A stretch of DNA of 64,000 nt from an uncultured Acidobacteriota bacterium (lineage in GTDB: Bacteria; Acidobacteriota; Terriglobia; Acidiferrales; UBA7541). A program made the position numbers and the translations under genes. Location: NCBI GenBank assembly GCA_963796495.1, contig CAWCLU010000001.1:1470631-1534630 (forward strand). The letters are read 5' to 3'. Within the stretch, counting starts at the first letter, position 1. The number at the start of each line of letters is the position of its first letter. The notes under the pieces were generated by a model. The model did no database searches. It was not told where the DNA came from and saw only the letters and a list, made by a program, of their open reading frames with translations. Below, one piece after another: positions 48,749 through 58,180 of this stretch.

Positions 48749-51700
48749 TTATTTCTGGAGGCTGCTGATTGTTGGGTTGGCTTGGCCGGGCGTCATATCG
48801 GCCACGATCGCCTTGGACGGCGAGATCAGATAGACGACCGCGCTGCCGCTCCCGAGCGGGGCACGGCCGTCGGGCGACACCGAATACGTATCCGAGAAGC
48901 TCGCGAGTGGAACGCGGCCGCCGGCTGGACTGATGCTGCCGGCCGTTCCGTCGAGCTTTCCAGGGACGGTGCTCGTCACCACGCCCCATTCGACCGAAGA
49001 GGCGCTGGCCGGCGCGGCGACGGTGCCGAGAACGTAATTTCCGGAAAGCGACGCATTGCTGAAAACGCCGGGCGCACGCGGCGCGAGGGCGCCGATCGAG
49101 GCGGCGGGTCCGGTGCCAACGAGAAGCGCCTGATTCTGCGCCACCAGATAGGAGACCAGCGACTCGCCGAGAGCGGGAAAGCTCATCTTCACGCGGCCAT
49201 CCGGGGCGACGCTGTAGGTCCCGGAACCCGAGAGCGTTCTGGACCTTCCCCGCGTCGTTCCGGTCGATGCGGAATTGGAGTCCGCCCGAACCATCGAATG
49301 TCACCAGCCCCGCCGCGATGCTGGACGAGTTCGCCTTGGTGCCCGCGCCGGCGAAGTCGATCACGCTGGCGCCGTCGAGCGAGGCGGCCGAGAAACCGGT
49401 GGGATCAGAGGGCGACTGGGCGAGTGCCTTGCCGCTGCTGAGAGGCTGGACGAGCCGGTCGCCGGTGCTGACCAGGAACACTTTCTTCGGAGAGACAACG
49501 TAAAAGGCCCAGTTCAAAACACCACCGGGCGTCGCGAGCGCGAGCGTGCCCCGGCCGGCGGAAGAGACGGCATAGCTGCCCGTGAGCGGCAATTCGGGAG
49601 CGACGGCGCCCGCGTCGTTCGTGTCGAGCGTACCGGCGCTGATCTTGCCGTTGCCGTCGGCGCGGAACGCGCCGGCAAGACTGAGGCGACCGCCGGCGGC
49701 GCCGGCGCCCGAGGCGCTGAAGGCGTAATTGCCAAGGACGGACGCCGGTGAAAATCCGGATACGGTCTGCTTTTCGAAGGTCCCCGAACCGCGAGTTCCC
49801 GAATCGTCGTACTCGACGAATTGCGCTCCATCTCCGGCGGAATTCAGAGCGAACTGGAACGTGCCAAGCGCGGTTCCCTGCGAACTGGTCAGGGTGAGTG
49901 TGCCGACGTTGTCCGCGCCGACGGTATAGGCGCCGGTGATGGTCTGGGAGGTCGTCACTCCGGAGGCGCGATTGATGTCGGCGGTGCCTCCGGTGACGTT
50001 ACCGGCGCCATCGGCCGTGAAACTGCCGGCGGCGGCGACCGCGCCGCTCGAATCGTAACCATTGAAGAGGAAAGCGTAGCTGCCGGTAAGCTTCGACTGG
50101 GTGGCCGAAGAACTGACGGTAATCGTGGCCGACCCCGTGCTTTTGATGGCAACCGCCGAGGTCGCCATCAGGGTAACCGTGGTGGGATTCGGCACCGTGC
50201 TCGGCGCGAAATAGGTGGTGGCGACGCCGCTGGCCGTGCTCGGCGGAGAAACACCGCCGCAGGCCGGCGAGCAAACCTTTCCGCTCTGGAGCAGGCTCCA
50301 GGTGACGCCCGAGCCGGTCGGATCGTTCGCGACCGTCGCGGTGAAGGTCGCGCGGGAGTTCACCGCGACCGTGCCCGTCGTCGGGGAAACGGAAACAGCG
50401 ATTGGCGGATAGAGATTGAGCGTGGCCGATGCCGAAACCGTCTTGTCGGTGACGGAGGTGGCGACGGCGGCAAGCGTGGCGGGGTTCTGAACCGTGCTCG
50501 GAGCGGTGTAGGTGGTGGCGACGCCGCCGGCGGTCTGCGTGGGCGAAATCGTTCCGCAGGTGGGGGAACACGATTGGCCGTTTTCGGTCAGAGTCCAGTT
50601 CACGCCCTTCTCGGAGACGTCGTTGTTCACCGTCGCGACCAGCGAAAGCGTCTGGCTTGGATAGACGTTCGCGAAAGTGGGGTAAACCGAGACCGTGATC
50701 GGCTGAACGATGATGGTCGCCGATCCGGTCAACTTGGTATCGGCCGTCGAGGTGGCCACCAGAGTGATGGTCGCCGGCGATCCGGGGGCGGTATAGGTGA
50801 CGGAGGAGCTTGTCGTGCCGGTGGTGGAACCCGAAAGCGTGCCGCAGCCGGACGAGCAGGCGGTGCCATTCTGCACGAGTTGCCAGGTCACGGCCTGGTT
50901 GCCCGAGCCGCCGGTGACGGTTGCGGTGAATTTCTGCGTGCCATTGACGGGCACGTTCACATAGGTCGGAGAGACGGAAACGGAGGTGCTGCCCTGAATG
51001 GTGATGGTGGCGGAGGAAGTGGCGCTCGGCGCGGACACGGAACTGGCCGTCAGCGTCACGATATTGTTGGACGGGGCGGCCGTCGGCGCGGTGTAGGTGA
51101 GGATCTTGCCGCTGGAAGTGCTGGTGGCCGAAATCTTGCCGCACGCCGGCGAGCAGGCGACTCCGTTCTGCGTGACTTGCCAGTTGACGCCCTTGTTCGC
51201 GGTGTCGTTGACGACCGACGCTATGAAATCGTAGGTGGCGCCGAGCGGGACCGCGGCGGAGGCCGGCGAGACGAGCACCGAGATGCCTCCGGCGACCGAA
51301 ACCGGCGCCGAGGCGAAAACGCCGGGGTTGGCGATCGAGGTGGCCGTCAGCGTGGCACTGACGGGAGCGCCGGGCGCGGTGTAGGTGGTGGAGGCGCCGC
51401 TGGCGGTGGTCGTGATGGAAACCGTTCCGCAGCCGGGCGAGCAGAGCACTCCGCCCGCGCTAAGGGACCAGGTGACTCCCTGATGGCTCGAGTCATTGGT
51501 CACAGTCGCGGTGAATTGTTGCGTGCCGCCCTCGGCCAGCGATGCCGACTTCGGCGAGATGCTAACCGTGAGCGAGGTAGAGCCGCTGCTGCTACTGCTG
51601 CCGCCGCTGCTGCCGGTGTTGCCGCCACATCCGAAGGTAAGCCCCAGAGCCAGAAAGAGCCCGCCGACGAGCAGTCTTCCCGGCGTCGCCGCGGGCGCGG

Positions 51701-51770
51701 GCCGAAACCGGCGCCCTGTCGTGCGCGGACCGCCGAGAAAAGAGCGCAAAGAACCCAGTAGCATGAACAA
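48749..51770 (-). pseudogene. large lipoprotein with five Ig-like (Cys-pair) repeats and four C-terminal beta-rich repeats; one frameshift near 49233..49245
   Basis: ORFs 48681..51770 and 48749..49294. Lipobox LTFGC. Five ~95-aa modules each carry GV[TN]W ... CSPxCG ... TYTAP. They are followed by four ~110-aa modules (G-x-Y-x-F ... F-x-ADG-x-G ... GSY-x-V). The last module is in the other frame. Confidence 0.75.
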
Positions 51771-51871
51771 TCCCCTTCACCCCATCCGGAAGCGGACAAG
51801 AATCGAACACACCGCCGCCTTCCGTCAAATTCGCACTTGCCAGGAAACGCCCTGTTCGCGCTCTGCCTTGC

Positions 51872-52255
51872 TTATTTCCGGCGCATGGCGGTCCAATCGA
51901 TGTCGAAGCTGCGCACCTGGGCGCTGCCTTTCATCGCGTCGCCATCGACCTTCCCGCTGTAATCCATCTCGAATTCACCGCGCGGCGTCTCGCGCTTGAC
52001 GGCGAACCGGACGTCGTCGCCTTTTACCGTACCCTCGAAATTGCTCGATCCGCGAGGCCCCTCGAGGGTGCCCCTGATCTTATCGCCGTCCTGTTCGATC
52101 GTCAGCGTTTGCGTCACGGTGCCGCGGCGGCCTTGCATGGAAAGCTCCCACGTGCCGGCAACGTTTGCGGCCTTGGGAGCCGCGACAGCCTTTACCATGC
52201 CGAGCGACAACACGAGCGCGCAGGCGCCCGCCGCCCAACCCAATCTTCCATGCAT
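51872..52255 (-). CDS. small secreted hypothetical protein
   Basis: ORF 51872..52465. ATG 52255 gives a signal peptide (..LSLGMVKAVAAP). Mature part ~100 aa, beta-rich. Confidence 0.55.
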   Translation of the reverse strand: MHGRLGWAAGACALVLSLGMVKAVAAPKAANVAGTWELSMQGRRGTVTQTLTIEQDGDKIRGTLEGPRGSSNFEGTVKGDDVRFAVKRETPRGEFEMDYSGKVDGDAMKGSAQVRSFDIDWTAMRRK

Positions 52256-52412
52256 CGATTTGCTCCTGCCCCGCCCTTTCGCGTACTGAGACGCGGCCGG
52301 CCCGGCAGGGGTTTCTCGCGCATGGCACTTCGCCATTGTACAGCAAGGGCTTCCGGTCGTGGTCTGGTCCGCGTGGATTGCTTCCGGGCGGCGTCGTCCG
52401 GCCGCCGAGCCT

Positions 52413-52949
52413 CTATTCTTCATCCTCACCATCCGCTTCAGGGAGCGCATTCGACGGGTCGCCACGGCGTCTCATCTCGGCGCGGATACGGTCGCCAGGG
52501 AAACCCGCCCGGAGCAGGTTCTGGTAAAGCGAAGCGGCTTGGGCGCGGTCGAGCGCGGAGGGGTCGGAGGCGGCATGACGGCGCAGCCAGATTTCGATAC
52601 GGCGGCGAATCATCGCCGATTCGTCGGCCTGGGAGGCAAGTTCCTCGATCGCGGCCGCAATGTGGGTATCGGCGACGCCACGCGCCCGCAGTTCTCGAGC
52701 GATGCGGAAGCGGCCCTGGCGGCGATTGGAGGAGCGGTCCCGGGCGAATTGGCGCGCGTACCGCGCATCGTCGACGAGGCCCTCCGCCCGCAGACGCGAA
52801 AGCACCAAAGCGGCCATGGCGCGATCGTCCGAGCGCCGCTCGAGATATTGGCGCATCTCGTGAACCGAATGCGCGCGCCGGGCAAGCGCGCCGATAGCCG
52901 CGGCGTAGAGTTCGACTTCGGTCGAAATCAGGCGGGGCTTTCGGGCCAT
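52413..52949 (-). CDS. recX: recombination regulator RecX
   Basis: 178 aa. Repeated three-helix pattern with LVDDARYARQFARDR ... RIARELRARGV, typical of RecX. Confidence 0.8.
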   Translation of the reverse strand: MARKPRLISTEVELYAAAIGALARRAHSVHEMRQYLERRSDDRAMAALVLSRLRAEGLVDDARYARQFARDRSSNRRQGRFRIARELRARGVADTHIAAAIEELASQADESAMIRRRIEIWLRRHAASDPSALDRAQAASLYQNLLRAGFPGDRIRAEMRRRGDPSNALPEADGEDEE

Positions 52950-53090
52950 GGACAGAACAGCATAGGAACGTGCCGCGCCGCGCGCAAGCGGCGATCGCCA
53001 GGCGGAAGCGTTTTCCGCGCCGTGCGCGAAGCGGTGGGCGGCCTTGCCGGGGACCAGCGGGCGCCCGCATCGTTTGCCGGACGCCAGGGC

Positions 53091-54809
53091 CTATTTCTTC
53101 TTGTAGCTTCCAAAAATCGGTTCCGGCTCGGGAATCGCCGCGCCATCCTTGCGCGGCGAGGAGGCCGCGTACTTCATTCCCGTTGCCGAATCGTACATGA
53201 CCGCGTGGCCGCCGCCCATGATGGAGCTTGCGAACGCGCCACGCAGGTGGAGCACGTAGCCCATCTGGATGAGCTTTTGACGCACCGCCTCCGGCACGCG
53301 ATCCTCGATGAAGAAATCGCAGCCGTCGAGACCCGCATTCCGGAATCGCGGCGCTTCGAGCGCGCCCTGCAGATCCATCCCGAAATCGACGACGTTCGAG
53401 ACGAATTGCGCGTGGGCCTGCGGTTGGTTCAGCCCGCCCATGATGCCGAAGCCGACGTGCAGCGGACCCTTCTGCATGAAGCCGGGAATGATGGTGTGGA
53501 ACGGGCGCTTGCGCGGGGCGAGGACGTCGGGGCTTTTCGGGTCGAGATCGAAGAGCGCGCCGCGATCCTGAAGGGCGAAGCCATACTCGGGGACGACGAC
53601 CGCCGAGCCGAATTCGTTGTAGAGGCTCTGAATCAGCGAAACGATGTTCCCGTCGCTATCGACGACGGTCATGTAGCTGGTATCGCCGGCGAAGCGCATC
53701 GGATCGCCTGGCGCGACGTGGCAGGCGGCCTTGTCCGGGGAGATCAGCTTGGCGCGCTCGGCGGCGTAGGCTTTCGAGATGATGCCCTTGACCGGGATTT
53801 TCACGAAGCGCGGATCGCCAATGTAACGCCGCAGGTCGGCATAGGCCAGTTGCTGCGCCGCCATCTTGACGTGAAACGCTCTGGCGCTCAGGAACCCGTC
53901 CTTGGCCAGGGGAAAGCGTTCCATGATGTTCAGCATCTCGAGCGCGGCCATGCCCTGCCCGTTCGGCGGCAGCTCGTAGACGGTCCAGCCGTGGTAGGTG
54001 GTGGAAATCGGCGTGACCCATTCCGGCTTGAAATCGGCGAGATCGGCGGCCGACATCACGCCGCCGAGCTTGTCCGAGGTTTTGAGAATCGCCTTGGCGA
54101 TCGGCCCGCGATAGAAGGCCTCCGGGCCCTCGTTGGCGACGAGCTCGAGCGCGCGGGCGTAACCGGGGTTCTTGAACATCTGGCCAACCTTGGGCACCTT
54201 GCCGCCCGGCAGGTACACCTCGGTGTTCACGCCATCCTTGAGCGCCTTGCTCTGGTCGGCCCAGTAGGCCGCGACGAATTGGGTGACCGGAAACCCGTGG
54301 CGGGCGAAATAGATCGCCGGCTGAAAGAGCTCCGTCCATGGCAGGCGGCCGAACCTCTGGTGCAGCGCGGCCCAGCCGGCGACGGCGCCGGGAACGGTCA
54401 CCGAATAGATGCCGCGCATCGGCACTTCCTTGAAGCCCTTCTTATTCATGAACTCGAGCGTGAGTTTTTCGGGCGCCCAGCCGCTCGAGTTGAGACCGGT
54501 GAGCTTGCCTGTCTTCGCGTTGTATTCGATCGCGAAGAGGTCGCCGCCCATGCCGTTCATCATCGGCTCGAGCACACCCATGGCGGCGTTTTCGGCGATG
54601 GCGGCGTCGGCGGCCGAGCCGCCGCGCGCCAGGATTTCCGCCGCCGCCTGCGACGCGATCACCTGATCGCTCGCCGCGATGCCCCCCTGCGAGATGACCA
54701 TCGAGCGCGCGGCGGTGCGGTCGGTGCCGCTGTGCGGAAACTGGGCCAGCAAGGGCAGGGCAAGAGAAGTTGCGAGAAAAAGGCCAAGAAGCACGGTAGC
54801 GTATCTCAT
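53091..54809 (-). CDS. ggt: gamma-glutamyltransferase
   Basis: 572 aa with a signal peptide. Segments GGSAADAAIA, MNGMGGDLFA and the autoprocessing site DTSYMTVVDSDGN, then GGLNQPQ. Confidence 0.92.
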   Translation of the reverse strand: MRYATVLLGLFLATSLALPLLAQFPHSGTDRTAARSMVISQGGIAASDQVIASQAAAEILARGGSAADAAIAENAAMGVLEPMMNGMGGDLFAIEYNAKTGKLTGLNSSGWAPEKLTLEFMNKKGFKEVPMRGIYSVTVPGAVAGWAALHQRFGRLPWTELFQPAIYFARHGFPVTQFVAAYWADQSKALKDGVNTEVYLPGGKVPKVGQMFKNPGYARALELVANEGPEAFYRGPIAKAILKTSDKLGGVMSAADLADFKPEWVTPISTTYHGWTVYELPPNGQGMAALEMLNIMERFPLAKDGFLSARAFHVKMAAQQLAYADLRRYIGDPRFVKIPVKGIISKAYAAERAKLISPDKAACHVAPGDPMRFAGDTSYMTVVDSDGNIVSLIQSLYNEFGSAVVVPEYGFALQDRGALFDLDPKSPDVLAPRKRPFHTIIPGFMQKGPLHVGFGIMGGLNQPQAHAQFVSNVVDFGMDLQGALEAPRFRNAGLDGCDFFIEDRVPEAVRQKLIQMGYVLHLRGAFASSIMGGGHAVMYDSATGMKYAASSPRKDGAAIPEPEPIFGSYKKK

Positions 54810-54979
54810 GGACGGGGAGTGTAGCGGGGCCCGGCGCCGGTGGCAACCTTCTCGTGGCGCCCGGCCAGGGATTGACGGCGACGGCGCGACGGCATAGGGT
54901 TTCGCGGTGATGGAGCCGGGAGTGGCAGTGCCTGTCGTGTCGGGAGCGGTTCGGCGCTGAATTTCGGCAAGGGAACACG

Positions 54980-55666
54980 GTGATGTGGCGAATTCTGGAA
55001 CTGGTTTGGGCGAGCGCGGTGCTCGTCGGATTGCCGCTCTCCTCGCGGTCGCTCGGGCGGCGGCTGCGCGAGGCGCCTGTCGAACGCATGGGCATGTACG
55101 CGAGCGCCGTGCTCAGCCACTTCCTGTTGCTCGCGCCGACGCTGCTCTTTGACCTGAAGGGCGATCGTGCCGGCATTCACCTGCTCCTCGGATCGCTTCC
55201 CTTGCCTCGATTCATCCTCTGGACGCTCGGGACGCTCGCGGTATGCGTCGCGATGTGGGGCGCCATGCTGCTCGAGTCGAAGATGCATCCGGAAATCTCC
55301 GACGCGGTCGTGCTGAGCATGCTGCCGAGAACGCGGCGGGAGATGGCGGCATTCTCCGGCGTTTCCTTGACGGCGGGATTCGCCGAAGAGTATTTGCTGC
55401 GCGGATTCTGCCTGGGAGTTTTGGCTCACTGGACCGGATCGATGTGGCTCGCGGCCGCGGTGACGACGCTCTCGTTCGGGCTCGCGCACCTCTACCAGGG
55501 ACCGCGGGGCGCGGTGCGGGCAACGGTTCTCGGCGCGGTGCTCGCGATCCCCGTCGTCGTGACGGGCTCGCTCGGGCCGTCGATGATCGCCCATGCGGCG
55601 ACGGATCTGGTTTCCGGCCGCTGGACGTTGCGGATCCTGCGCCGTTGGGGCGTCGCGACCGAATAG
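54980..55666 (+). CDS. CPBP-family intramembrane glutamic endopeptidase (CAAX protease-like)
   Basis: 228 aa, multi-TM. Motifs EEYLLRG, FGLAHLY and HAATD. Confidence 0.82.
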   Translation: MMWRILELVWASAVLVGLPLSSRSLGRRLREAPVERMGMYASAVLSHFLLLAPTLLFDLKGDRAGIHLLLGSLPLPRFILWTLGTLAVCVAMWGAMLLESKMHPEISDAVVLSMLPRTRREMAAFSGVSLTAGFAEEYLLRGFCLGVLAHWTGSMWLAAAVTTLSFGLAHLYQGPRGAVRATVLGAVLAIPVVVTGSLGPSMIAHAATDLVSGRWTLRILRRWGVATE

Positions 55667-55780
55667 AACCCGGCTCTCGGCAGCGGACAACGGCAACTCT
55701 CGCTCTTCCGCGGCGGTCAGCCTTCCGTATTCAGCCTTTAACAAGGCACACTTCCGTGCCGGTTGCGGCACTGCCTGGCT

Positions 55781-55810
55781 TTTCTCCGCGGCCTCTGCGT
55801 CTCTGCGGTA
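55781..55810 (-). repeat. REP family D copy
   Basis: The reverse complement reads TACCGCAGAGACGCAGAGGCCGCGGAGAAA. Confidence 0.65.
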
Positions 55811-56389
55811 AAGCCTTTTTCAGTTCTTAATCTTCCGTCGCCAGTCACACGCGGCGATCGATCAGCCGTTCTTCACCCCGCCACAGAAGTACTCGATCCA
55901 TTTCGACATTTTCTACAGAAGTTTAGGCCTCTCGCTTGCTTGACCGCCGGTGTGAGGAGCGCGGAAGTCGAGCGCACCGGATGATGCGAAGCGACAGCAA
56001 AAAACGAACCGGCCCGAGCGACGCGACAACCTCGCGGAGGGCCACGACGAGAGAGCCGAACGGCCATCTGTGGCCGGAGGATTGCCAAGGCGCGACAGCG
56101 TCGATGTTGCTGACCCAGCATGGGTTCGCGCCGGGCGCGCGGAAAATTCGAGACCGGATTTTCCCGCGCATGGCCGCCGCGACGCGACGCCACGCGCATT
56201 CATCCAGCCGCCGTGCGTCACGCGTGATGCGGCCGGATTCGACGGTCTGCCGAGCACCGCGTATGACCGCGTTCAGTTCGCGAATGGAGTTCATCGGCGG
56301 GAATCGGGAATCAATTCGGGAAACGCTGGAAGCTGCCACAAAGCAACGGTCGCCGGTCCCGGCGGCACGGGGATGAGGAGGAAAAAAGA

Positions 56390-57487
56390 ATGAGCTGTCC
56401 CGCCACGCCGCTTGCGGTCAGGAGCGAGCTCGATCTCCCGCCCGAGGAGGTGATTTTCGGCCTCTCGGAGGAGATGCAGGTGGTTCGCCGGCAGGTGGAG
56501 ACCGCGGCGAGCGCGAATGTCCCCGTTCTGATTGGCGGCGAAAGCGGAACGGGCAAGGAGGTCGTGGCGAAGCTGATTCACTTCCGTTCGCCGTGGAGAA
56601 CCGGGGCCTTCGTCAAGGTCAACTGCCCGGCGATTCCCGGGACGCTGCTCGAGAGCGAGCTGTTTGGCTACGAGCGCGGCGCGTTCACCGGCGCCTACGC
56701 GGCGAAACCCGGCCGCGTGGAAACGGCCGAGCGCGGAACGCTGTTCCTCGACGAGATCGCCGAGCTCGAGCCCGCGCTCCAGGCCAAGCTGCTGCAATTG
56801 CTGCAAGACGGCCGCTTCTGCCGCATTGGCGGCCAGCAGGAACGCAAGGTGGAAGTACGCGTCGTTTGCGCCACCAATCACGACCTGGCCGACGATGTCG
56901 AGGCCGGCCTTTTCCGCCGCGATCTCTTCTACCGCATCAACGTGCTTTCGATCGTGCTCCCTCCGCTCACCGAGCGCCGGCGCGACATTCCCGCGCTCGC
57001 GCGGTATCTGGTCGAAAGATACAGCGCGAAATACGGCCGCCCGGCGCCGCCGGTAAACAGCCGGATTCTGCAACTGCTGGAGGCTCGCTTCTGGCCGGGC
57101 AACATTCGCGAACTCGAAAACGTGATGAAGCGATACGTGATTCTCGGTTCCGAGGAAGCCTTCGCCATCCCCGCGAATCCGGTGCGGCCGGGCGGCAACG
57201 TTCACGGCAGCGGCATCGCCAAGTACACGGGACCGAACCTGCCCGGCGACGCGGACGAATCGCTCAAAACCATCGTGCGCCACGCGGTGAAGGAGCTCGA
57301 GCGCGACATCATCCTGCGCACGCTCGAGGCCAACCGCTGGAACCGCCGGATGGCGGCGCGCGCGCTCCGCATCAGCTATGCCGCCCTGCTCTACAAGATG
57401 CGCGAGGCCGGCGTTCCGCCGATGCGCGGGCCGCGGGCCGCGAAACTGCCCGAGCAGCTCGATCTGCCCGAAAACAGCAAGCCCTGA
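56390..57487 (+). CDS. sigma-54-dependent transcriptional activator lacking any N-terminal regulatory domain
   Basis: 365 aa. The AAA+ domain starts about 25 aa from the N-terminus (GESGTGKE, GAFTGA loop, FLDEI, FRRDLFYRI). C-terminal Fis-type HTH (RWNRRMAARALRISYAALLYKM). Confidence 0.88.
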   Translation: MSCPATPLAVRSELDLPPEEVIFGLSEEMQVVRRQVETAASANVPVLIGGESGTGKEVVAKLIHFRSPWRTGAFVKVNCPAIPGTLLESELFGYERGAFTGAYAAKPGRVETAERGTLFLDEIAELEPALQAKLLQLLQDGRFCRIGGQQERKVEVRVVCATNHDLADDVEAGLFRRDLFYRINVLSIVLPPLTERRRDIPALARYLVERYSAKYGRPAPPVNSRILQLLEARFWPGNIRELENVMKRYVILGSEEAFAIPANPVRPGGNVHGSGIAKYTGPNLPGDADESLKTIVRHAVKELERDIILRTLEANRWNRRMAARALRISYAALLYKMREAGVPPMRGPRAAKLPEQLDLPENSKP

Positions 57488-57506
57488 GAAGGAGAGGAGG
57501 AGTCCG

Positions 57507-58172
57507 ATGAAGCACCCCGTTTCGCTCTATCGATCGCTCTGGCTGAGCTTCGCCGCCGCACTGGCGGTGGCCGGCGCCGCGCAGGCGGTGCAGAAGAAAA
57601 GCCCGCCAGTGCGCGTGGCTGAGAATTTCACCGCTACGGCGCGTCCCGCGCCGCCCCCGCCGTCCCGCGCGGTGGATCCGGCGCCCCACGAGTACGTCAT
57701 CGGCCGCGAAGACGTGCTCGCGATCGACGTGTGGCGCGAGCCGGAAATCTCGCGGGTCGAGCCGGTGCGGCCCGACGGCCGGATTACCCTGCCGCTCATC
57801 GGGGAGGTGCGTGCCAGCGGCAAGACGCCGAGCGCGCTCGAGCAGGAGATCGGGGAGAAACTCTCGGGCTACATCCACGATCCCGCCGTGACGGTGATCG
57901 TGCAGCAGGCGAACAGCCACCACTTCAACATCATCGGCGACGTTCTCCGCCCCGGCTCCTATTCGCTCGACGGTCCGATGACGGTGCTCGACGCGATTGC
58001 CGTCGCCGGGGGATTCCGCGAGTTCGCCAAGCTCACCCGCATCTACGTGGTGCGCCACCTGCCCGACGGAAACTCCGCGCGCATCCGGTTCAACTACAAG
58101 GCCGCCGTCCGCGGCAGCCAGCGCGAGCTCAATCTGACACTCGAACCCGGCGACACCGTGATCGTTCCCTGA
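57507..58172 (+). CDS. polysaccharide export protein (Wza/Poly_export plus SLBB)
   Basis: ORF 57378..58172. ATG 57507 follows GGAGAGGAGGAG. Signal peptide, then YVIGREDVLAIDVWREPE ... VRPDGRITLPLIGEVRASGKT ... GDTVIVP. Confidence 0.85.
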   Translation: MKHPVSLYRSLWLSFAAALAVAGAAQAVQKKSPPVRVAENFTATARPAPPPPSRAVDPAPHEYVIGREDVLAIDVWREPEISRVEPVRPDGRITLPLIGEVRASGKTPSALEQEIGEKLSGYIHDPAVTVIVQQANSHHFNIIGDVLRPGSYSLDGPMTVLDAIAVAGGFREFAKLTRIYVVRHLPDGNSARIRFNYKAAVRGSQRELNLTLEPGDTVIVP

Positions 58173-58180
58173 GGAGAAAC

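Noticed and set aside
52359-54824. 821-aa plus-strand ORF
   Set aside because: Antisense to recX and ggt, which have strong motifs. Low-complexity R/A/G composition.
55740-55790. Sigma-54 promoter candidates (GGCAC-N-TGC-like strings) near the EPS locus
   Set aside because: The spacing between the GG and GC elements is off by one, or the flanking consensus bases are missing. One candidate overlaps a GGCAC/GTGCC palindrome that is more likely REP-related.
55923-56339. 138-aa minus-strand ORF (and overlapping ORFs 55873..56199, 55913..56257, 55936..56376) in the gap upstream of the sigma-54 activator
   Set aside because: Four mutually overlapping ORFs on both strands, none with a ribosome-binding site I could recognise or any motif. 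The composition is Arg/Ser/Ala-rich. The region is kept as an unexplained gap rather than called as a gene.
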